Counted from the first letter of the stretch, positions 52,082 to 62,124 are shown. The stretch: DNA of 64,000 nucleotides from Arenicellales bacterium (GCA_965214615.1 OZ243952.1:2125734-2189733), one strand, 5' to 3'. Made by a program: numbers and translations. The notes: generated by a model from the sequence alone, not told the origin.

Positions 52082-53800
52082 ATGAAGAAAATCATTTTGA
52101 ACATCGGCGCATTCCTGGCACTTGGCATCGTCACCGGCGGCGACAGCGACCTTGCCAGCGCCGACGACGGATCTGAATCCCGATACATGGTAGCCGCAGC
52201 ACATCCCGACGCCGCCAAGGCCGGGCTGGAGATGCTGCGTCAAGGCGGAAGCGCGTTCGATGCAGCGATTGCTGTTCAGGCGGTGCTGGGACTGGTCGAG
52301 CCGCAAAGTTCCGGAATCGGAGGCGGCGCTTTCGCGGTCTACTACGATGCAGCGACGCGGCAGACGGTTACGTTTGACGGTCGTGAAACAGCCCCATTTC
52401 GCGCCATGCCCGATTTGTTTATGGACAGCGACGGAAATCCAATGGATTTTTTCGAAGCCGTCCTAAGCGGCCGCGCAGTCGGCACGCCCGGAGTCCTGGC
52501 AATGCTTGAGATGGCGCACTCGCAATACGGCACCCTTCCCTGGAACACGCTGTTCAAGCCTGCGATCAGTCTCGCACAAAGCGGGTTTGTTGTCGCAGAC
52601 CGATTGGCCCAATTGGTTTCCGGTCGCAGTGGCGAGCGGTTGAAGATGTTTCCGGAATCGGCAAATTACTTCTTTCCGGACGGCGAGCCGCTTGCCGCCG
52701 GGAGCGTCAAGCGAAATCCCGCCTATGCGGATACGCTGAATGAAATTGCAAATTCCGGTGCACAGGCTTTCTATGACGGGCAGATTGCTCAGGACATGGT
52801 TCATGCCGTAAGTTCGCTGCAAGGACGAAGCGGCCTGCTGACCCGGGTCGACCTGCACGAATATCGGGCGCTGAGACGACCGCCGATATGCCACCGGTAT
52901 CGCAGTTATCAGGTATGCGGAATGGGGCCGCCGAGTTCGGGCGCGCTGACGGTTGGACAAATTCTTGGAATCTTGGAAAATTTCGACCTTCAGTCTCTAG
53001 GTCCCCGGAATCCGGCAAGCTGGCATTTGATCGCCGAGGCATCGAAACTCGGTTTCGCCGATCGAAATTATTACATCGCCGATACCGATTTTCTCAATGT
53101 GCCGTTAGGGGGTCTGCTGGATTCGGAGTACTTAAGGCAGCGCGCTTCCTTGATTGCACGTGATTCGGCGATAAATGTTCCGGCACCCTATGGCGCGGCG
53201 CCGGACTCAGAACTGTCCGGGTTCTCTGGCGATACGCATTCCGGGCGCAGCGGCACGACACATTATTCAATCGTCGATGCCAAGGGCAATGCCCTGTCGC
53301 TGACTTCGAGCATAGAAGGGCCTTTCGGCTCCCACCAGATGGTTCGGGGGTTTATGCTCAACAATCAGCTCACCGACTTTTCGTTTATTCCCGAAAGGGA
53401 TGGCAACCTCGTAGCAAACCGTGTGGAACCTGGAAAAAGGCCTCGAAGCTCGATGTCTCCGACCATAGTATTCGACACAGATGGGAACTTGCGGCTTATC
53501 GTAGGCTCACCGGGCGGCAGTCGAATTATCGGCTACGTGGCAAAGACACTCGTCGCGGTGCTCGATTGGGGCTTGCCGCTTCAATCAGCCATCGATTTGC
53601 CGAATCTTGTCAATCGAAACGGCGCAACCGAATTGGAACGCGGGACCGGCACAGGGAAACTTCAATCGCAACTCGAAAGCCTTGGCCATCAAGTCAGCCT
53701 GCGCGCGATGGCGAGCGGGATATACGGCATTGAACTGATACGCGGAATGTTGCATGGCGGCGCCGACCGGCGGCGCGAAGGTGTGGCAATCGGGAAATAG
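52082..53800 (+). CDS. ggt: gamma-glutamyltransferase precursor
   Basis: Signal peptide MKKIILNIGAFLALGIV. Autoprocessing/catalytic Thr region GRSGTTHYSIVD. Small-subunit blocks MSPTIVF and VGSPGGSRIIGYV. The start is taken at ATG 52082. Confidence 0.9.
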   Translation: MKKIILNIGAFLALGIVTGGDSDLASADDGSESRYMVAAAHPDAAKAGLEMLRQGGSAFDAAIAVQAVLGLVEPQSSGIGGGAFAVYYDAATRQTVTFDGRETAPFRAMPDLFMDSDGNPMDFFEAVLSGRAVGTPGVLAMLEMAHSQYGTLPWNTLFKPAISLAQSGFVVADRLAQLVSGRSGERLKMFPESANYFFPDGEPLAAGSVKRNPAYADTLNEIANSGAQAFYDGQIAQDMVHAVSSLQGRSGLLTRVDLHEYRALRRPPICHRYRSYQVCGMGPPSSGALTVGQILGILENFDLQSLGPRNPASWHLIAEASKLGFADRNYYIADTDFLNVPLGGLLDSEYLRQRASLIARDSAINVPAPYGAAPDSELSGFSGDTHSGRSGTTHYSIVDAKGNALSLTSSIEGPFGSHQMVRGFMLNNQLTDFSFIPERDGNLVANRVEPGKRPRSSMSPTIVFDTDGNLRLIVGSPGGSRIIGYVAKTLVAVLDWGLPLQSAIDLPNLVNRNGATELERGTGTGKLQSQLESLGHQVSLRAMASGIYGIELIRGMLHGGADRRREGVAIGK

Positions 53801-53867
53801 CAAAGACAAAAGTTCCAGCACAGCGAGGATGCGCGACCCTTGCATAATCCCACCAGAACCTGCGCAC
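53228..53867. repeat. direct repeat copy 1 (ggt 3' end plus about 70 nt downstream)
   Basis: 53228-53766 matches 55694-56232 at a constant offset of 2466 nt with scattered substitutions. Similarity continues with indels to about 53867/56310. Confidence 0.9.
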
Positions 53868-53896
53868 TTGAAGAGGGTTCTGTGGCGTAAGAAACA

Positions 53897-54910
53897 CTAG
53901 TCGGTGTTCACTTTTTCTTGAAACTTCTGAACTACTTTCACAATTTGTTCAAATGTCGGAACAACGCCATAGAACATCTCTTGCTGCATGCTTTCGTAGT
54001 CGGATTTCCAAGTTGTCCAATCAGTTTCTACAGGTGTCAACTGTAATTGCCCGTGGTCCATTGCTGAATAGTCGACCCACGTATAGTGAAAATAAACTTG
54101 ACGGTGAGCAACAATCTGACTGCGCAAATCCATATCCTTGTATGCCTGATCACCCACCCCTGCCCGAATCAGACGGTAAAGATCATAGTAATGACGCGCC
54201 ATACCTTTGCGGTTTCTTCTATTTGATTGCGGTCGCATGGATTCTTCATGCAGGAGCATAGCCTTTTCCCAAAAGGTGCGTTTTGGCATCACCGCTCTGA
54301 CATTGGTGCCGGGTTCGTGCAACAATCTCGGAAAGGCATCGCTGATATAAGGCTTGATCTCAATAAACTCAGCAGGTTCCGTATCCGAACGAGCACCCAT
54401 TTCTATCTTTACGGCACGACGAAGATAATCAGCCTGCTCCAAAAAGGCTGACGGATAAAGCAGCGACAAAGTCTGTTCATCGGGGTCGTCAGGATCAAAT
54501 TCAAGTACGAGCCCGATATCCAGTGAAATTGCCTCATTCAGTGCCGGAAAAATATCGTCCCTGATGCATTGCTGGCACGACGCTTTCAATTTCTTGAGAC
54601 GTTTACCCAACTGTTTCCTGCTCGGTGCCTGATCCGGTGAATGGTCTCCACCAAACCCCAGCACAGTCCGGTCAATCACAATATCTATATCTTCGGAAAA
54701 ACGCTCGATTAGTTTCCAGCACTTGGATAATGATGTACCTCCCTTGAATGTGAATTGCTCACCCCAATTAGGCAGTCCAAACAGCTTGCGCAACGTCCAG
54801 CAAACCCAAAAGTCCTTTTCAACCGCAACCGCGGAAAGATTCAGCTTTGCACTGGCCTCTTCGCAGATCAGTTGGCGCTGTTCTTTCGGTAATGCTACAA
54901 ACTCCTTCAT
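53897..54910 (-). CDS. abiEii: AbiEii/AbiGii-family nucleotidyltransferase toxin (type IV TA / abortive infection)
   Basis: NTase motif [24 protein letters not shown]. 337 aa. 4-nt overlap with the upstream abiEi-like gene. Confidence 0.85.
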   Translation of the reverse strand: MKEFVALPKEQRQLICEEASAKLNLSAVAVEKDFWVCWTLRKLFGLPNWGEQFTFKGGTSLSKCWKLIERFSEDIDIVIDRTVLGFGGDHSPDQAPSRKQLGKRLKKLKASCQQCIRDDIFPALNEAISLDIGLVLEFDPDDPDEQTLSLLYPSAFLEQADYLRRAVKIEMGARSDTEPAEFIEIKPYISDAFPRLLHEPGTNVRAVMPKRTFWEKAMLLHEESMRPQSNRRNRKGMARHYYDLYRLIRAGVGDQAYKDMDLRSQIVAHRQVYFHYTWVDYSAMDHGQLQLTPVETDWTTWKSDYESMQQEMFYGVVPTFEQIVKVVQKFQEKVNTD

Positions 54911-55530
54911 GCTGCACTTTCCGAAAGAGCAAGCTTGCGGATGATATCGGCAATCCAGGCAGGTGCATACCGGATATCCTTCATCAAGTGTTGGAGGGTG
55001 TCACTGCTTAGGCGGCGAGCAAGCTGTTCAATGACTCGCTGATCAACGTTTTCCCGACCCAGATAACGTAGTGCCTGGATTACCAGTCCACTACTTCTCC
55101 CTGCAGTGGCCATGTTACGGGAAGATGTGTGCTTCAGCATGATCTGACGCGAACCAATTTGGACTGTCCGCGAGCAACCGTCTGTCAGATAAACAACCCT
55201 GGTGGGCACTTGCGTAGAAAGCCCCAGCAGGTTCGCCGCATAGGCCCCGGAAGGTTGCAAGCGCGTGGCGTCTCGACTTGCCAAGGCATTTGCGATGTCA
55301 TCGGTCGATGGTTGCAGAATACCAAACTGAGGATCCGTTTTCGGATAGTCATAAAGCCCTCGGGACAGTTGTCGGATAAAACCGTTTTTGCGATGCCGCA
55401 TCAGCGCGATATCTATTGCTCGGCGGGTCCCAAGATCCGCAAAACTGTCAGGCGTAAAAACCCAGCCTCGACCACGGGAACGAATCCGACGAAGGATCTT
55501 GTGATCGGCACTATTCGCGTGCTTACCCAT
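54907..55530 (-). CDS. abiEi: AbiEi-family antitoxin-like protein (winged-helix N-terminus)
   Basis: [54 protein letters not shown] is the typical AbiEi/DUF6088 N-terminus. 207 aa. Confidence 0.8.
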   Translation of the reverse strand: MGKHANSADHKILRRIRSRGRGWVFTPDSFADLGTRRAIDIALMRHRKNGFIRQLSRGLYDYPKTDPQFGILQPSTDDIANALASRDATRLQPSGAYAANLLGLSTQVPTRVVYLTDGCSRTVQIGSRQIMLKHTSSRNMATAGRSSGLVIQALRYLGRENVDQRVIEQLARRLSSDTLQHLMKDIRYAPAWIADIIRKLALSESAA

Positions 55531-55693
55531 AATGGAACTCTAATTTATGAAAGATAATCAGTTATATTTTTCTTTCATTATTTTAGCATGTTTCAATCAA
55601 CTATTAATATCTTAATGAGAAAATTCTATGGCTGTGAACAATAGTTTTGACCCGCACGTCCGTCTTGCGACAAAGCGGTTTGATCGTTGAATT

Positions 55694-56242
55694 GGCGATG
55701 TCCATTCCAGGCGCAGCGGCACGACCCATTTTTCAATCGTCGATGCCAAGGGCAATGCCCTGTCGCTGACTTCGAGCATAGAAGGGCCTTTCGGCTCCCA
55801 CCAGATGGTTCGGGGGTTTATGCTCAACAATCAGCTCACCGACTTTTCGTTTATTCCCGAAAGGGATGGCAACCTCGTAGCAAACCGTGTGGAACCTGGA
55901 AAAAGGCCTCGAAGCTCGATGTCTCCGACCATAGTATTCGACACAGATGGGAACTTGCGGCTTATCGTAGGCTCACCGGGCGGCAGTCGAATTATCGGCT
56001 ACGTGGCAAAGACACTCGTCGCGGTGCTCGATTGGGGCTTGCCGCTTCAATCAGCCATCGATTTGCCGAATCTTGTCAATCGAAACGGCGCAACCGAATT
56101 GGAACGAGAGACCGGCACAGGGAAGCTTCAATCGCAACTCGAGAGCCTTGGCCATGAAGTCAGCCTACGCGCGATGACGAGCGGAATATACGGCATTGAA
56201 CTGATACGCGGAGTGCTGCATGGCGGCGGCGCGAAGGTGTAA
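55694..56242 (+). pseudogene. duplicated 3' fragment of ggt (small-subunit region), lacking a start and with a deleted C-terminus
   Basis: In-frame reading GDVHSRRSGTTHFSIVDAKGNA...GSPGGSRIIGYV...IRGVLHGGGAKV*. A TGA lies 2 codons upstream of the homology. There are 7 aa differences from the intact copy, and the conserved tail ADRRREGVAIGK is lost. Confidence 0.88.
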
Positions 56243-56310
56243 CGGAAGACAAAAGCGCTTGCACAGCGAAGAAGCACGACCCTTCCAAAATCGCACCAGA
56301 ACCTGCACAC
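55694..56310. repeat. direct repeat copy 2 (ggt 3' end plus downstream)
   Basis: See copy 1 (53228-53867). Confidence 0.9.
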
Positions 56311-56447
56311 ATGCCGAAAAACTAAAGACTCTAGAAACGCCTGCAGCTAAGGTTTCTGGTTCATTTTGCAAATCAATTCCGCGATATGCAATAGTGAATG
56401 TCAAAATTAGGTATTTTCGAAATGAATCGTGTATTATCGTCTTTTCT

Positions 56448-56612
56448 GTTTGAGGTGTTTGCCACCCATTGATCCGAATAACGGTGGCAATTTAAACGGG
56501 AAGTTTGGTGAGCGAAGCCATTGACTAGGATCGGCTTCGCAATTCCAACGCTGCCCCCGCAACGGTAATCAGCTTCATTGCTGCGAGTCCGGAACCGCCC
56601 TCTGACAGGCCA
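56448..56612 (+). promoter_or_regulatory. cobalamin (B12) riboswitch aptamer
   Basis: Conserved core strings in the correct order: AACGGGAAGTTTGGTGAG, then an inserted hairpin CGAAGCC...GGCTTCG, then CAATTCCAACGCTGCCCCCGCAACGGTAA, then a B12-box-like GAGTCCGGAACCGCCC. It lies about 110 nt upstream of the cobN-like ATG. Not verified with a covariance model. Confidence 0.75.
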
Positions 56613-56718
56613 TGAAATACTGTTTTAGCGGAGGGCTTTAACGTGGCAGTCAAGATTACCGCCTCCAAATCCCTCTTGCGCAGTTCTCGCTCGCTTTCTC
56701 TAGAGGGGTCAGACTCCG

Positions 56719-59700
56719 ATGTGCTCACCTGCAAGAGCTTCCGAAGTGATACATTCGGCCGCATCGCCTTGGTCTGCCTTGCATTCGGCTTGCTCGGATT
56801 TTCTCAGGAATAACAGCATTGCCGTTTCAACGCACGCGACTTTGTCGTCAGGTGCAAATTCCGCGTGCTTGCTCGCGCTCCTGATTCTAATGCCGAACAT
56901 CGCTTCGGCGGCAACCATCTCAGCGGTTGTCTCTGCGCGCAACGCTGCCGCTGTCGCAACTGGCAGCCATAAGTTTTTGCAAGACCATGCGGAGCATCAT
57001 CTGAAACTCAAGACAACTGATCAATTTGTCGAAATGTCCCAGACGCAGCAGAAACAATGGCTTGAATCGGCGGACCTGGTTTTCGCAGGAGGAGTGTTCG
57101 GAGCCGCCGGAGAAAACCTGCTCGCAACACTGCGCCAAAACCTGCTGCGCAACTTCATCGCAGTTCACTCTGATCGTCGGCTGGTCAATTCATCCGTGCT
57201 GCACGGGCAACGTATTCTTTCGGATGCAAAACTCGACCAACTGATGCAGGATCCTGCTGTCGATGAGGACACGCAAGCCTGGATTTCGGACATGCTGCAA
57301 CAGCATAGCGCACATAAGTCCTGGCTCCTCGCCCGATTGTTCTGGAGCGGGCGAGGCACAGAAAACATGGCAGGACTGTTTGCTCACCTGGCGTCATTGG
57401 CCGGCGATAGCATCTTCGTTCCATCTCCAACCCCGTCCGCTCCATTGCGCACCTACTATCGCCAAACAACCGGTCATGCATCCAGGTTCGCCGAGTTGGC
57501 AAGCCAAAGCGCAAAGCGCTGGGTCGTAATACTCGACTACGAAACTGGCGACAAACTGGGATCGTCGGAATTGCTTGATGACCTTTGCGACCAAATTAGG
57601 ACGGATGGCACGGAATGCATCTCTCTGCTGGCGACCTGGGGAGATGCCAGCGTGGCGGCAATACGGATGCTTGACCAGAACATATCCAAGATTGCCCTTA
57701 TTGTTTCGCTGCAGAACTTTGTCATAGGCGGCGGCGAAGGTCGGGCTGAAGTCAATGCTGCACTCAGCGAACTGGACGTGCCAGTACTGAAAGGCATCCG
57801 ACTCAGCGATCGTACCGAACAGGTCTGGCGGCTATCAGAGGACGGAGTCCCATGGGACAGCGTGCACTATCGAATTGCCATGTCAGAGATTCAAGGAGTT
57901 GCAGAGCCAACGATACTGTCCGTCAGTACCGCTCCAAAAATTGATGAGCTGACCGGAATCCGAATCACACAGCAAAAACCAGTCGTCGATCAAGTCGAAA
58001 GGCTTGCTCGAAGAGTAAAAAACTGGATTGCATTGCAAGAACTGCCCAATGCGGACAAAAAGATCGCAGTAATCTACTACAACCACCCTCCCGGCCGGCA
58101 TAACATCGGCGCAGACAACCTGAACGTGCCATCAACTGTTTTTCATCTATTGAACTCATTGAAAGACGAAGGATATGACGTTGGCCAATTGCCGGATACC
58201 GAAGAGCAGTTGCTGGATATCCTGCAGGATCGCGCAGTCAATCTTCCGGAAGACGGCGAAGCCTTGTCCGACATGTCCCGGCGGGTGGTGGGCATTTCGC
58301 CTGGCAAGTATCAGCGCTGGTATGAGTCGATGCCGGCCGCGCTGCGTCAAGAGCTGGAAAACGGCCCGCTCGGCTACCTCAATGCGGTCTTGCGGCAAAC
58401 AAGCGGCGCTGCATGGGACGATAGCGGTCAAGCCGCGGAATCGCTTCGCACGCGGGTCATCGAGGACTTGCGTCACATTGTGGACGGCGCCGACCATCCT
58501 GCACGACTTCGGGTACTCAATCTATTGGATCAACTCGAACAAGCATACGCATCGCAAGATATTGACTGGGAGTTGTCGCAAAGTCTGATTGAAGCGATCG
58601 CAGGGAGCGGAATTGAAGGTCTGCGCGGCTGGGGGCCTGCACCGGGACAAGTTATGGTTCATGACGGTTCGCTGGTCATTCCCGGTGTGCAGTTCGGTAA
58701 CGTATTTGTCGGCCCGCAACCGCCTCGCGGATGGGAGCTGAACGAAGAACTGCTGCATGCCAATCTTTCGTTTCCGCCACCGCATCAGTATCTGGCTTTC
58801 TATCTGTGGCTGCAAAACGAGTTTGAAGCCGACGCGCTGGTGCACTTGGGACGCCATTCGACTTACGAGTTCTTGCCGCGGCACAGGGCGGGCCTTGGCG
58901 CGCAAGACTATCCCACAGCGGTACTGGGAGATTTGCCGAGCATCTACCCCTACATCGTTGACGGCGTCGGAGAAGGCATTCAGGCAAAGCGACGCGGTTT
59001 CGCCGTCATGGTCGACCACCTCACACCGCCGCTGGACAGCACGGACTTGTACGATCGGCTCCTGGAACTAAGGCAACTGGTCGAAAGCTACGAGTCAGCC
59101 TCGCACGGCAACAGCGCATTGCGATCGCGAACCGTAGGCGAGATCAAGAAATTGGTTGAAGAATTGAATTTAGCCGAAGAGATGCTCGAAGCCATGGCCG
59201 GAGAATTGTCGGTCCGAGGCATCACGCAGTTCGATCAGATCGATGACGAGCTGCTGGTTCATGAGGTCGGGCACTATCTGACCAAATTACAGGAACAGTT
59301 CATGCCACTGGGTCTGCATACATTCGGCAGCAACTGGTCTGATGAGGCGGTGGAGGTCATGATCCGATCCATGACAAAAAGCTCAAATCCTCATGACATG
59401 GACCAAGCGACAAACATCTCGCCTGACGATGCCGCAGATTGGCGCGAGCTTCTGCGAATTTCGCCAGCATCCGAAATCAGCGCCCTGCTGGCCGGACTTA
59501 GGGGGAGCTACGTCAAGCCTGGCAAAGGCAACGATCCCATAAGAACCCCGGAAGTGCTGCCGACCGGGCGCAATTTCTTTGCGCTCGACGGAAGCTTGAT
59601 ACCCTCGCCTGTCGGCTACCAGCTCGGAGTTGAAATGGCTGCGTCTGCCAGACTTATGAGAGCTGAAGACACTCAGGCGAACGCCCTGGTTCTTTGGGCA

Positions 59701-61233
59701 TCCGACACGGTACGTGACGAAGGCGCAATGATCGCTTTCGGCTTCGACATGCTAGGGGTCAAGCCAATTTGGAACAGCCGAGGCATATTCAAGGGACTCG
59801 AACGCTTGAATTTGGACGGAGCACTGGACGCAGATCGTCCGCGCGCACGGCACGACATGGTGTTTACCACTTCCGGGTTGTTTCGCGATCTGTATGGCGC
59901 GCAGCTTGTCTGGTTGCAGCGCGCTGTATTGATGGCACTGGATGCATCTGCAATCCTAATTCAGCAGAACTATCCGGCATTGACAGCCGCATTGAATCAT
60001 GCGCTTGCGCCTCTTGGCGAGTTGCGCAATCCGGGCTCAGAGTCGCTCTTGCACAATCACGTCGCCGCGCGGTGGGTGGACGATGCGCGTGAAGCGCTTG
60101 CAGGGGGCGCAGCGCCGTTGATGGCTGGAAAGGAGTCTGCGTACCGGGTTTTCGGCGCTCCTCCGGGAGCCTACGGCGCAGGTGTCAATCGTGTGATTGA
60201 GCGCTCGGGAAGCTGGGAGCAGCGCCAGGAAGTCGCGCAAGTGTATTTGAACCGGATGGGACACGTTTACGGCGAAAGCCAATCAGGCGAACCGCGGCAG
60301 GAAATTTTCCGGCAACGCCTCAAAAGCGTATCAAATGCCTATCTTGGCAGATCAAGCAACTTATACGGGGTACTGGATAACAATGATTCATTCGACTATC
60401 TTGGCGGCTTGAGTCTGGCTATTGAAACACAGCGCGGCGAAGCCCCGCACAGTCATATCGTTTCGCATGCTGGCGGAAGCAATTATGCCATCGAGCCCTT
60501 GCGCCTTGCCATACTGCGCGAGTTGCGCGGCCAACACTTAAATCCTCAATGGCTTGAGCCTTTAATGGATGAAGGCTATGCCGGGGCCCGCACCATGGGC
60601 AGCGAGTTTCTGGAATACCTATGGGGATGGCAGGTAACCAATCCGGGCATAGTCAAATCCTGGGTCTGGGATGAAGTGAAAAGCGTATACATCGACGACC
60701 GTCTGGAACTGGGACTTGACGAATTTCTGGAAGACAGACATAACGCCCACGTTCTCGCCAACATGCTGGCAATCATGCTGGTATCGGCTCAGAAGGAGTT
60801 CTGGGAAGCAAGCGCGGAAACGATCGCCGAGCTTGCGGACAAGTTTGCAGATTTAATTCTCGCCAACGGCTTGCCGGGCAGCGGCCACACCACCCCGTCG
60901 CATCCGCTCTACGACTGGCTTGAAGACTATGTTTCAGACGAAAAGTACCTGCAATTACGCGAAAAAGTGACTGCCGCCCAGATCGTCTATCAGGTTGACA
61001 AGGGGCCGCAAGAAATATCTGAAGTCGTACTGCAAAACGAGCAAGTCGATACATCTGTGCCGCAACAGCAATCAGCGCAACCCGAACCCGAAAACGCAAG
61101 TGAACCGACGCAATTGCAACTGCCAACGCTTCCCATCCTGCTTGCCGCCTGCATAGTGCTGATCTGCATCGGCTGGTTCATCGGCACTGTAAGTGTGAGG
61201 CGCAGGCATTCTCGGAAGGTGATCAATGTTTAG
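56719..61233 (+). CDS. CobN/ChlH-family (class I chelatase large subunit-like) protein with N-terminal export-like segment and C-terminal membrane anchor
   Basis: CobN blocks VIYYNHPPGRHNIG, GRHSTYEFLPRHRAGL, GEGIQAKRRGFAVMVDHLTPPL and EVLPTGRNFFALD. N-terminal ACLLALLILMPNIASA. C-terminal LPILLAACIVLICIGWFIGTV followed by RRRHSRK. SD AGAGGGG lies 10 nt before ATG 56719. Confidence 0.85.
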   Translation: MCSPARASEVIHSAASPWSALHSACSDFLRNNSIAVSTHATLSSGANSACLLALLILMPNIASAATISAVVSARNAAAVATGSHKFLQDHAEHHLKLKTTDQFVEMSQTQQKQWLESADLVFAGGVFGAAGENLLATLRQNLLRNFIAVHSDRRLVNSSVLHGQRILSDAKLDQLMQDPAVDEDTQAWISDMLQQHSAHKSWLLARLFWSGRGTENMAGLFAHLASLAGDSIFVPSPTPSAPLRTYYRQTTGHASRFAELASQSAKRWVVILDYETGDKLGSSELLDDLCDQIRTDGTECISLLATWGDASVAAIRMLDQNISKIALIVSLQNFVIGGGEGRAEVNAALSELDVPVLKGIRLSDRTEQVWRLSEDGVPWDSVHYRIAMSEIQGVAEPTILSVSTAPKIDELTGIRITQQKPVVDQVERLARRVKNWIALQELPNADKKIAVIYYNHPPGRHNIGADNLNVPSTVFHLLNSLKDEGYDVGQLPDTEEQLLDILQDRAVNLPEDGEALSDMSRRVVGISPGKYQRWYESMPAALRQELENGPLGYLNAVLRQTSGAAWDDSGQAAESLRTRVIEDLRHIVDGADHPARLRVLNLLDQLEQAYASQDIDWELSQSLIEAIAGSGIEGLRGWGPAPGQVMVHDGSLVIPGVQFGNVFVGPQPPRGWELNEELLHANLSFPPPHQYLAFYLWLQNEFEADALVHLGRHSTYEFLPRHRAGLGAQDYPTAVLGDLPSIYPYIVDGVGEGIQAKRRGFAVMVDHLTPPLDSTDLYDRLLELRQLVESYESASHGNSALRSRTVGEIKKLVEELNLAEEMLEAMAGELSVRGITQFDQIDDELLVHEVGHYLTKLQEQFMPLGLHTFGSNWSDEAVEVMIRSMTKSSNPHDMDQATNISPDDAADWRELLRISPASEISALLAGLRGSYVKPGKGNDPIRTPEVLPTGRNFFALDGSLIPSPVGYQLGVEMAASARLMRAEDTQANALVLWASDTVRDEGAMIAFGFDMLGVKPIWNSRGIFKGLERLNLDGALDADRPRARHDMVFTTSGLFRDLYGAQLVWLQRAVLMALDASAILIQQNYPALTAALNHALAPLGELRNPGSESLLHNHVAARWVDDAREALAGGAAPLMAGKESAYRVFGAPPGAYGAGVNRVIERSGSWEQRQEVAQVYLNRMGHVYGESQSGEPRQEIFRQRLKSVSNAYLGRSSNLYGVLDNNDSFDYLGGLSLAIETQRGEAPHSHIVSHAGGSNYAIEPLRLAILRELRGQHLNPQWLEPLMDEGYAGARTMGSEFLEYLWGWQVTNPGIVKSWVWDEVKSVYIDDRLELGLDEFLEDRHNAHVLANMLAIMLVSAQKEFWEASAETIAELADKFADLILANGLPGSGHTTPSHPLYDWLEDYVSDEKYLQLREKVTAAQIVYQVDKGPQEISEVVLQNEQVDTSVPQQQSAQPEPENASEPTQLQLPTLPILLAACIVLICIGWFIGTVSVRRRHSRKVINV

Positions 61234-61684
61234 CGGCTACACAATCGGATTTCTTCACTTTGTTGTCGGCTGGCTGCTTCAGCCGGTTATTTGGGCGCTT
61301 ATGGCGGTCACGGTCTGGGCACTTGTAGAACTCGGGATACTTCTTGCAGAATATTTTCGGACGCTGAAAGTGCTGCGCTTGGACGCAGATCACGCATTTG
61401 TCGAGCATCTGGCTAAGCGCCGAATTGACCACTGCGACTTTCTGGCGAGAATCGCGCCAATGCTGGGCCTGATGGGAACCCTGATCCCTCTCGGCCCCGG
61501 CCTGGCCGCATTGGGCGAGGGAGAGCTTACGATTCTTTCAACCGCAGTCAGCGTCGCATTCGACACAACTGTACTGGGGTTGCTTGTGGGAATTAGCGGA
61601 TTCGTCATGGGCAGACTTCGGCGGCGGTGGTACGACGAACTGCTCACCGAACTGGAAGCTGGGCAAAGCGAGCGCAAGACATGA
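61226..61684 (+). CDS. small MotA/TolQ/ExbB-family proton-channel protein
   Basis: 152 aa with 3 hydrophobic helices. Family signature region APMLGLMGTLIPLGPGLAAL ... VAFDTTVLGLLVGI. The start overlaps the cobN-like stop (ATGTTTAG). Confidence 0.72.
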   Translation: MFSGYTIGFLHFVVGWLLQPVIWALMAVTVWALVELGILLAEYFRTLKVLRLDADHAFVEHLAKRRIDHCDFLARIAPMLGLMGTLIPLGPGLAALGEGELTILSTAVSVAFDTTVLGLLVGISGFVMGRLRRRWYDELLTELEAGQSERKT

Positions 61685-61974
61685 ATCGGCGCTGGGACCG
61701 CGGGCGTTTTTCTGGAGCAGATGATGAATCTCACGGCCCGCTGGCCAATCTGCTCGACCTTATGCTGGTCTTCGCATGCGGACTGATTGTGGCACTGGTG
61801 GCGATGAGTTCTCAGTTGCAAGATTATTTTACTGTCGCACCGCAAGAAATTCACAGAGGTCAGGAACTGCCTGAATTGCCGCAAAGCGGCGAGCGCGGAG
61901 GCGCAGGAATGGTTCCTGTCGGACAAGTCTATCAGGATCCTGAAACCGGAAAGCTAATTCTATTGCGAGAATGA
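61681..61974 (+). CDS. DUF2149-like single-TM protein with ExbD/TolR-like acidic transmembrane helix
   Basis: 97 aa, reading MNRRWDRGRF...GPLANLLDLMLVFACGLIVALV (Asp inside the TM helix, as in ExbD/TolR). The start is taken at the ATGA overlap with the preceding stop. The track ORF starts earlier, at 61627, inside the previous gene. Confidence 0.6.
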   Translation: MNRRWDRGRFSGADDESHGPLANLLDLMLVFACGLIVALVAMSSQLQDYFTVAPQEIHRGQELPELPQSGERGGAGMVPVGQVYQDPETGKLILLRE

Positions 61975-62124
61975 TATGCAACAAGCGTATTCGATCATTC
62001 ATTCGACAGGGCTAGGTTTTTTAGGCAGTCGATACCTGCGAAGTTCTCCCAGTCTCATTCAAAACTGCAAACTCAAAACTGAATCTATGGCACCAGTCTG
62101 TCTTACATCTAAATTGGAGGAAAT

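Noticed and set aside
55694-56242. The duplicated ggt fragment begins about 10 codons before the catalytic Thr. It might therefore encode a stand-alone GGT small subunit.
   Set aside because: An in-frame TGA lies 2 codons upstream of the homology. The first usable start is 37 codons downstream of the Thr, and the conserved C-terminal tail is deleted. It is best read as a decaying recombination remnant.
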